Shown here: one piece after another, positions 54,826 to 64,000 of the stretch
How the letters are laid out: each line of letters begins with the position of its first letter
How positions within the stretch are numbered: the first letter of the stretch is position 1
From: Octopus vulgaris
Lineage: Eukaryota
Direction of reading: 5' to 3'
Assembly (NCBI GenBank): GCA_951406725.2
Contig: OX597823.1
Location: 111,848,001-111,912,000 of the forward strand
Length of the DNA: 64,000 nt
Notes under the pieces: generated by a model
Database searches by the model: none
Seen by the model: the letters and a program-made list of their open reading frames with translations, nothing else
Told to the model about the DNA's origin: nothing
Program-made: the position numbers and the translations under genes

Positions 54826-55515
54826 AAAATAATATATATATGTATGTGTGTGTGAGTGTATAAGCATGTAGAATTATATGGCTATATGTATGAAGTACAA
54901 GTCTTCTTTTTTTAATATTTCTATAACCAGATATACATCGGTAAGAATCATGTATGTATAATTACCAACATTCAATTCAATGAAAATTAAGAATTTGTTT
55001 TTTTATTAATTTCAATAACGAATATATATTTCAATTTCCACTTTATATATACATTGTTGTACACAATAGAAAATTTTATAGTGTTTTGTATGGCTATATA
55101 TAAATGTATATGTGTGTGTGTATATGTATATAATATACTTACATATATGCGTGTGCATATGTCTGAATAGGCATGTATATGTACACTAGTATCGATTGAT
55201 TTGTATATATGTATATATCTATATATCTATATATACACACACATTGTATAGAATATTTAAATTGTTGATTGAAATGATGGACCGTATACAGCTTCTTCCA
55301 TCTACCATTCTTTGTTCTGGCACTAATTTTAGATGTGTCTTCTTTTGAAGAGAACTATTCCAGTTGTTTCACTGAACAGTTTCAAGAATGAAGTGTAAGA
55401 GGCAAAAAAATTTGAGTGAAGAAACCTGAAAATACAATACCAAATTCATTTGCTATTATTAATTCCTTACAATGTCTTAGAATGTTTATGAAATCACTTC
55501 AAATTTGTAAAAATA

Positions 55516-55622
<107 letters not shown>

Positions 55623-56030
55623 GCCGTAGGAGTGGCTGTGTGGTGAGTAGCTTGTTTACCAACCACATGGTTCCGGGTTCAGTCCCACTGCGTGGCATCT
55701 TGGGCAAGTGTCTTCTATTGTAGCCTCGGGCTGACCAATGCCTTGTGAATGGATTTGGAAGACGGAAACTGAAAGAAGCCCGTCGTATATATGTATATAT
55801 ATGTGTATGCGTGCGTGTGTTTGTGTGTCTGTGTTTGTCCCCCTAGCATTGCTTGACAACCGATGCTGGTGTGTTTATGTCCCCGTTACTTAGCAGTTCA
55901 GCAAAGGAGACTGATAGAATAAGTACTGGGCTTACAAAAGAATAAGTCCCGGAGTCGAGTTGCTCGATTAAAGGCGGTGCTCCATCATGGCCGCAGTCAA
56001 ATGACTGAAACAAGTAAAAGAGTAAAGAGT
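55623..56030 (+). mobile_element. SINE family A
   Basis: Full length. Confidence 0.9.
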
Positions 56031-56389
56031 ATATATATGTGTTTGTGTGTGTGTTGTATGGAATGCATCATTTCTATAAGAGGAATGTAAATGGTACTGC
56101 TAACTGAGTGTTCCCAATATTACTGGTTCACATTTCACTAATGGTAATGTTTTATGTCCAGGTTATCTGGTTGCTATCAGGTGGTGGTGGTGGTGGTGGC
56201 TGAGACAATGGCTGCTGCTACTATTGTTACTGTTGTTGTTGCTGTACTGTTGCTGCTGCTGCTTTGTTTGTTTGTTTGTTTGTTGAGCGAAGCGGTCTTC
56301 GTCCCAGAATGGGAGAAGTCCAAAACGTGGTCCTTTGCTATTCGTAAGACCCACAGAAGAGAGCATGGACGGATGGATGAATGTGCATC

Positions 56390-56617
56390 CAGGCTCAGCG
56401 GTTGCGTAGGAAGTCAGGGACAAGAAACAGGAAGAAAGAGTGAGAGAAACTTGGGGCGAAAGAGTACAACAGGGGCCGCTACCACCCCCTGAGGGAGCCT
56501 CATGGAGCTTTAGGTGTTTTCACTCAATAAACACACACAACACCCGGTCTGGGAATCGAAACCACAATCCTCTGACTGCGAGTCTGCTGCCCTAACCACT
56601 AGGCCATTGCGCTTCCA
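56390..56617 (-). mobile_element. SINE family C
   Basis: Reverse of head GGAAGCGCAATGGCCTAGTGGTTAGGGCAGC. Confidence 0.75.
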
Positions 56618-56654
56618 CTTGCTGCTGTTGCTGTTGTTGTTGTTGTTGTGATTA

Positions 56655-57082
56655 GGTGATGGTCTAGGCCTTATGGGTGGGATGAAGTGCGAGGGAAACA
56701 AAAACTTAGATAAATATGTGTCCATATTGCAGAAAGTACTCCTTCCAATCTTCTCCAGTGATAAAATGAGACTTTTTATTTATGGAAGATGGGATTCCCT
56801 GTCACATGGCTAAAAGGGCCCAAGATTGGTTGGAAGAGACAGGCATTAAAAAGCTTCCATGGCCAAGCCAGTCACCAGATATGAACCCTATTGAATACCT
56901 TTGCGAAATTATTGATGGGACACTTTGTAAAATGAAAGCAACTTCAAAGCTAGATCTTTTGAGATTACTGCATGAAACTTGACAAGAAATTCCTGAAGAG
57001 AATATTCACCATCTGATCAGTAGCATGCCTAACAGGGTTCTTGCACTGAAAAATGGAAAGGCTATGTCTGCTAAACATTAGA
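56655..57082 (+). pseudogene. Tc1 (DD34E) transposase C-terminal relic
   Basis: EDGIPCH..WPSQSPDMNPIE with 34 aa between D and E; internal stop, then LISSMPNRVLALKNGKG. Confidence 0.85.
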
Positions 57083-57120
57083 CATTCACATTATAATAAT
57101 AAATAATTTGAATTCTCATA

Positions 57121-57356
57121 GGTGTAAGAGTGGCTGTGTGTTAAGTAGCTTGCTTACTAACTACATGGTTCCAAGTTCAGTACCACTGCATGGCAACTTG
57201 GGCAAGTGTCTTCTACTATAGCCTTGGGCTGACCAAAGCCTTGTGAGTGGATTTGGTAGATGGAACCTGAAAGAAGCCTATCTTATATATGTATATATAT
57301 GTATGTGTGTGTATATGTTTGTGTGTCTGTGTTTGTCCCCCCAACATCGCTTGACA
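57121..57356 (+). mobile_element. SINE family A, 3'-truncated
   Basis: Similarity stops after AACATCGCTTGACA. Confidence 0.85.
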
Positions 57357-57357
57357 T

Positions 57358-57630
57358 GGTTCACACAACACAGACAGACAGACAACTTGCTTTTTAATAT
57401 ATAAGATTAAACATGTACCGTTGCATAGACGTGGGGGGTTCAAATACTAGGCGAATTAAGAGTAGTCTATTTATGTTGGGGGCACGGAATTTCGAGGAAA
57501 GAGTTATAAGAAAAAACGTGCTAAGTCAAAGAGAGCACACATGTCAAATTTGGTGAAATTCAGTTCAAAATTGTAGGAGTAGAAGTGGTTCACACAACAC
57601 ACAGACAACTTGGCTTTTAACATATAAGAT
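57358..57630 (-). mobile_element. Non-autonomous Helitron-like unit (~225 bp) plus part of a second tandem unit
   Basis: Minus strand starts A-TCTTATAT..AAAA..GTTGTCTGT; GGTTCACACAACAC..AGACAACTTG..TATAAGAT occurs at 57358 and 57587; GC-rich subterminal segment CCGTTGCATAGACGTGGGG. Confidence 0.5.
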
Positions 57631-58027
57631 ATATATATATATATGTATATATATATACATACATATATATACATTAAAAAAATTATATATATATGTGTGT
57701 ATATAGTTTTATATATATGTATGTATGCATATAATATACATACACACATATGCTTGCATACACTTACACACACATGTATATATGTATCTATACTGTTTAG
57801 TGTCTGTTTATTGATGGCTTCACCAGTATATTTGTGAGTCACTGATACTTTTATATACAATAAGTTGTTTGAAGAACATTTTCCTCATAGCAAGATACTT
57901 CAAGATTTTTGTTGCTAACAAGCTACAGTATATAAAATATGTACATACAAATAAATGTGCATGTGTGTGTATGTATATATATAAATATATATATATATAT
58001 GTATGTATATATATGTATATATATATA

Positions 58028-58116
<89 letters not shown>

Positions 58117-58596
58117 GTAACTATATATATATATGTATGCATGCAGATATGTGTGTGTGTATCTGTTAACATTTACAGATATAGAAATCGACAGACATAC
58201 AATTCCATATACATGAAAATTACACTCGCCAATATTCATTGTAATGTTTCAAATTTTGTAGCTATTTGCCAAAGTTATGAAATACAATGTTTACTCAAAG
58301 TTATAAGTGTGACATTAGTCATTAGTGCAGTAATTCTATCCAAATAATGGTAAGTAATGGCACTAAAAACTGACCTGAAGTCTTGCTTTTAGTGAAAGAA
58401 TCTGATGTATTGCACAGTTCCACAATTGTTTCACTATGCAGCTGCTGCAAGAGGTAACTCAATGCTGAAGACACCATATTCCGATAATATCTGTATACAC
58501 GCACTTTTTTTCCCCTGTAGTTTCAGCTCATAGCTGCGGCCATGCTGATACACTGCCATATATGCATGTGTATGTGTATTCATGCATATGTGTAAG

Positions 58597-59074
58597 TATA
58601 GGCATGGCTGTGTGGTAAGGAGCCTGCTTCGCAACCACATGGTTCCAGGTTCAGTCCTACTGCTTTGCACCTTGAGTATATATACACATATATATACGAC
58701 AGGCTTCTTTCAGTTTCCATATACCAAATCCACTCACAAGGCTCTGGTTGACCCAAGACTATAGTGGAAGACAGTTATTTCTTCTATAGTCTTGGGTCAA
58801 CCAGAGCCTTGTGAGTGGATTTGGTATATGGAAACTGAAAGAAGCCTGTCGTATATATATATATGTGTATATATATTTAGAGGCCTACACCGGTGTTGGT
58901 GTATTTGTATTCCTGTAACTTAATAGTCTAGCAAAAGGGATCGATAGAATAAGTACTAAGCTAAACAAAAACAAAATACTTCACAGGGTTTGATTTGTTT
59001 GACTAAGACCTTTTAAGGTAGTGCTTCAGAATGGCTGCAGTCACATGACTGAAACAAATAAAAGAATAAAAGAA
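58597..59074 (+). mobile_element. SINE family A containing an internal fold-back duplication
   Basis: 58688-58764 is the exact reverse complement of 58784-58860. Confidence 0.85.
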
Positions 59075-59168
59075 TGTATGTATGCAACTACATGTGTATG
59101 CATGTACTTACATACATACTCATATGTATGTGTATATATGTATGTATGTTTGTATGTATGTATGTATG

Positions 59169-59204
<36 letters not shown>

Positions 59205-59684
59205 TTATAATAAAGGGTTAATAGCAACAAGTTGCTCAAAACCACATACCGAAAATATTAGAAAAGCAGCCAAATAGATCACTATTTCTACTACTAGTTA
59301 AAAAGACTCCACAAACAAACAGAATTTGCAACACGTATATGGTAAAGAGAAATTTATTAATTTTATTAAATTAATTATATTTCACTCTTTTTGTATATAT
59401 ATATATAAGTTATTTAGAGATAGAAGTCCCCATGCAATTCATCAAATCCTAATATACATCACACCATATCATAGAATTTTATTTTAATACTTACAATTTC
59501 AGTTCCGAATTTCTCTTCTACACTTGTTTCATGAGGTGCATTTAACGTTCCTGGGACCCTCAGTCTTTTTCAGAAACATTATTTGAATCCCTGTGACACC
59601 GGAATTTTTATTCCATAATGTATATATATATATATATATATGTATATATCTGTGAAATAATATGTGACAATTATTTAATAGCCA

Positions 59685-59747
59685 AGATAAAACTCTGAGT
59701 TTCAGATGCCGAGGTGGAAATCCACAACACCATCTCTTCGGTTATCT
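59685..59747 (-). ncRNA. Hammerhead-like motif (variant core)
   Basis: AGATAA-CCGAAGA-GATG..GTGGatttCCAC..CATC-T-GAAA-CTCaGAG-TT-TTATCT; 6-bp stem I. Confidence 0.5.
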
Positions 59748-59810
59748 ACATATATATATAGATTTAGATATAGATATAGATATATACACACACACATATG
59801 CATAAATATA

Positions 59811-60590
59811 TTCAAATATGAATTAGAAGTAGCACTGGAGTTGCAAACATAATCGAATGCATGTACTTAATGTAAAAACCTAGTTTGTTTGCTAGCAGGC
59901 TGTGATTTGATGTGGTTGAGATGACTCTCTCAAAGCACTGTGTGCTAAAACACCTGAATATCATAGACAGATGAGACAACTCACTTCAAATTCCTTTCAA
60001 GTGTGATGAACATAGATGGATCACCATTTTTGCAGTTTATCAACATTGCGTGCATGAACTGAATTGGGGCCGAACTGAATTGCCAGACCATGACGACATG
60101 CAAAATAGTATAAAAGCCTAGCTTATCCCTACAATGCATACCATATTAATAAATTCAAATATGAATTAAAATCAGTGTTAGTGTTCTAAACATTATCGAA
60201 CACACATACTTAATGTATGTGCTTTGCTTGTTCACCAGTAGGCTGCGATGTAACATGGTGGAGATGACTCCCTCAAGTTGGCAGTTGTTAAAACATTTGA
60301 AAGTCATAGACAGGCAAGACAAGTCACCCCAAGTCATATTCAGGAGCAATGGACATCAATGCTTTACTGTTTTTGCGGCTTATTAACATCACATAACTGA
60401 ACCAAAATTGGAGGCGAACTGAATCATCAGTCTATAACTCGATGCAAAATGGTAATAAAACTATTTGCTGGTATGCCTGGATGATGCATACGTAGGAATA
60501 AATTTAAATATGAATTAAAAGCAGCACTAGTGTTTTGAACATTATCAAACATACAAACTCAGGAAAAGTGCTTAGCATGTTCACCGATCA
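59811..60590. repeat. Diverged ~345-bp tandem repeat, about 2.3 units
   Basis: Units start TT(C/T)AAATATGAATTA at 59811, 60154 and 60503; shared GAGATGACTC, TCATAGACAG, CGAACTGAAT, ATGCAAAAT. Confidence 0.8.
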
Positions 60591-60942
60591 AAGGATCATT
60601 TTATGACTGTTTATTTTAGCAAAACATGTGGTGAGAGTAATCTTTAACCTGAAGAGTGGCTATATTTATATTGAAGTGATTTTACTACTACTACTATTAT
60701 CATTACTTTTATCATTTCTTAAATATAGCCATTCATTATATCTTACTATTTATTACAATCTGTTGTCAACTCCTTCAGGAAATCCAGTTTTTGAGATCAG
60801 CCTTCAGTATATCTTATCATATGTTCCTTGTTCTTCTCCTCCAAAATGTTCATAGACACACACTTATATATTTATTTGCAAATGTGGTGTGTGTGTGTGT
60901 ATGTGTGTGTGTGTATGTGTGTGTGTATGTGTGTATGTGTGT

Positions 60943-61017
<75 letters not shown>

Positions 61018-61023
61018 AATATA

Positions 61024-61865
61024 TAGAGTGCAGTGAAAATATTGTCATCTAAATAATGCAAAATTGAAAATAACACTGGCATTTCATTTTAACAGATTTA
61101 TTTACCGAAATTACATAAAAATATCTTGAAATATTAAAGAGTAAATTTATTCAATAAAATCACCCTTGGCTTCAACCACGGCCTCCAGACGACTTTGGAT
61201 TCTTCTGCAACTCTTCTGGAGTTCATCTTTGCCTTCATTTCATCTTTGGTGCTACAAGGAGTTTTGTTAGTCTCTCACTCAAATGCACCCCACACATAAT
61301 AGGGTTGTAGGGTGGGGTGGGGGTTAGGTGGCCAGATGTTAGGAATAAAGTGGACACAGAAATTTTCTGTGAGCCATGACTGGGTTTCTCCTGTTTGTAT
61401 GGCATGTTGCAGAGTCCTGTTGCCAGACATAGGGTCTTCCAGCAGCCAACCTCTTCACACAGGGCAACACTACCTCCTCCATACACTTGATGTAGGCCTC
61501 TGTGTTGAGTCTGAGGCCATGTGGGAAGATGAATGGAGGCATAATGTCACCATCACAAGGGATCACTGCAAACACCATGATGTTCAATTTTTATCACTCT
61601 CGCCACATGTTTTGAGGACACAGAAAGCTAATGGTTGTCCTGTGTGTTCACCATCTGTTTATATTGGAGCTTCTGGCATGAATGCCAAGCATTACAGCAT
61701 GTTGTTTCAAGAATTCTGGCAGAGTAAATTGCATCGTGGAGCTGTTTTTACAGACAGTATCCAGCTGACCCTACTATACTGTGTAGTCAACACAATCAAC
61801 AACAAATAATATGCATGCACAAAATTTAAAATATAAAATAGCAACAATTTACCCATTGCACCCTG
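61024..61865 (-). mobile_element. Internally deleted, decayed maT-like Tc1/mariner element
   Basis: IMVFAVIPCDGDIMPPFIF..LRLNTEAYIKCMEEVVLP..YVWQQDSATCHT; degenerate TIRs (CAGGGTGCAATG../TAGAGTGCAGTG..) with TA flanks. Confidence 0.8.
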
Positions 61866-61939
61866 TATATTATGTGTGTGTTGATATATATATGTATGTG
61901 CAAATTTATATAAATAAATACACACACACATACATACAT

Positions 61940-62200
61940 AGGATCGCAGTTTCGATTCCCAGACCAGGCGTTGTGAGTGTTTATTGAGTGAAAACACCTA
62001 AAGCCCCACGAGGCTCCGGCAGGGGAGGGCGATCCCTGCTGTACTCTTTTGCCACAACTTTCTCTCACTCTTTCTTCTTTTGGCCTGCTCGCTTAGCCAG
62101 TGGGGTGGCGTCATTTGAAGGCTAAAACAATGCGAAGCACATTGTGACCAGCGATGCTTAGCAACATCTGATAGCCTGGTCGGTCACGGAGATCACAGTG
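61940..62200 (+). mobile_element. SINE family C, 5'-truncated
   Basis: AGGATCGCAGTTTCGATTCCCAGACCAGGCGTTGTGAGTGTTTATTGAG.. Confidence 0.75.
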
Positions 62201-62387
62201 ATATACATATATACATACACACACATACACACTTATATATATTGTTTAGTCATAATGATACTAACAACATGGTGTTAGAAGTCAATACACCTATGCTCTG
62301 AGTGCACAGTATCTTATGGCAGAAACAGCTGTAAGCTAATGAATTACATAATCTGTTCCATTGTCATTTATAAAATTTCATATATAC

Positions 62388-62912
62388 ACTCTTTTATTCT
62401 TTTATTTTTTATTTGTTTCAGTCATTTGACTGCCATCATGCTGGTGCACCATCTCAAAGGGTTTTAGTCGAACAAATCAAACCCTAGGACTTATTTTATT
62501 TTTGTAGCTTTGTACTTATTTTATCAATCACTTTCGCTGAACTGCTAAGTTACAGGGATGTAAACACTGCATGGCACCTTAGGCAAGTGTTCTCTAATAT
62601 AGCCTCTGGCTAACCAAAGCCTGGTGAGTGGATTTGGTAGGTGGAAACTGAAAGAAGCCAGTCGTATGTGTGTGTGTGCATGTGCGTTTCTGCCTGTGTT
62701 TGTCACTCTATTACCACTTCACAACCGATGTTAGTGTGTTTATATCCTCATAACTTAGGAGTTCAGCAAGAGAGACTGATAGAATAAGTGCTAGGCTTTA
62801 AAAATAATAAGTCCTGGAGTCAATTTGTTTGACTAAAACCCTTCAAGGCAGTGCTCCAGCATGGCCACAGTCAAATGACTGAAACTAGTAAAAGAATAAA
62901 AAATAAAAGAAT
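62388..62912. mobile_element. Two oppositely oriented family A SINE parts fused
   Basis: Reverse tail 62388-62567 joins forward body at AAACAC|TGCATGGCACC through CAC microhomology. Confidence 0.75.
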
Positions 62913-62968
62913 ATATATACATATATGTATATGTATGTATATGTATGTATTTATATATATGTATATAT

Positions 62969-63004
<36 letters not shown>

Positions 63005-64000
63005 ACATACACACATATAGAAAAAAGGGAGAGAAAGAGAGAGAGACTCGGGAGACAGAGAAGATAAGGAACAAGCTTGGCTAATCAGAAAATATGAGAC
63101 GTTTATAGCTATCACTATAGATTGTCCACTCTTGTTTTCATCCACCACCACCAGCCACCAGCCACCACCACCAATCAACATCTTGTCTACAACCAGGCAG
63201 CACCTCCATCAACACACAGTCATTTACATCTCCTTCATCACAGCAGCAGCAGCAGCAGCAGCAGTAGCAGCAGCAGCAGCTTTCTCTTCATCTGACTGTC
63301 CATAAAAAGTCCATCAATTGAAGATAAAAACACAACTGAAAAGCTTGTGAAACCCTTAGATTTTCACACAGAATTACAACTTCTTTCCGACAACATATTG
63401 AGGATGATAAATGCCATTCTGAAAGTGGAAGAAGGAAATAAAGAAAGAGAGAAATTTTGAAGGAGACTCTTGAATAAAAGTTGGTAAACTTACCTAACTT
63501 TGCTTGGAAAGTTCAGCTCCCTTTTTCAAATGGTTGTTTTTCTCAACAACCCTTAGAAAATGTGGTTTTGTGAAATATTGTAAACTTTGCATTTTGGCTT
63601 TCTGAAAACATGTTAGATATGATACAATGTCTCATAAGATGACAGTTGGAATGTCTTGGGTTTAAAGTGGGAGTGAGAGATAGAGAGAGAAATAGGGGAA
63701 TGTGTGAGTGTGTATTTACGTGTTGGTATATATGTGTAAGTGTGAGTATATATTACATGGATGTTTTTGTATACATTATATAGACAATTCGATGAGAAAT
63801 ATCTACATAAAAGACATGAATGACTTGTTTAAAGAGAAACAAAGAGAGAGAAGAAGTGATGAGTGAAACAGGAAAACAGAATGGAAGAAAGCGTGAGAGA
63901 AAGACATAAGACAATGTCTTGTATCTATGTGCCTATGTACGCGTGAGTATGTGTGTGGTGTTCATGCAGTGCCTGTGTGTCTGTATGGATCCTGTTAGCT

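Overview
AT-rich, microsatellite-saturated eukaryotic non-coding DNA (intergenic or a large intron). The SINE families and simple-repeat load look like an Octopus genome; this is inferred from recalled repeat motifs and was not verified. No intact host protein-coding gene is recognisable, and almost all ORF-track entries are translations of (TA)n/(CA)n/(GA)n/(ATT)n tracts or SINEs. Recognisable mobile DNA includes about 20 copies of one tRNA-derived SINE plus four other short retroposon families, a nearly complete DD37D (maT) Tc1/mariner element, other Tc1/mariner relics (two are fold-backs built only from the element's 3' end), TTAA-flanked piggyBac-type MITEs, an R4/Dong LINE 3' end in (TAA)n, and a Helitron-like piece. 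The most notable hidden signal is at least six sequence-unrelated short elements carrying type-I minimal hammerhead-ribozyme-like motifs (CUGANGA..GAAA-palindrome-UH). Each is oriented so that its 3' end runs into a (TA)n tract. Two occur as about 175-190-bp-arm palindromes with a ribozyme motif in each arm, and one occurs as a 577-bp monomer with terminal redundancy and an inverted tail. A decayed GIY-YIG (Penelope-type) endonuclease relic is also present. Together these suggest a diverse (TA)n-targeted Penelope-like/retrozyme-type system. SINE family letters (A-F) are my own labels, and SINE coordinates are approximate to about 10 bp.
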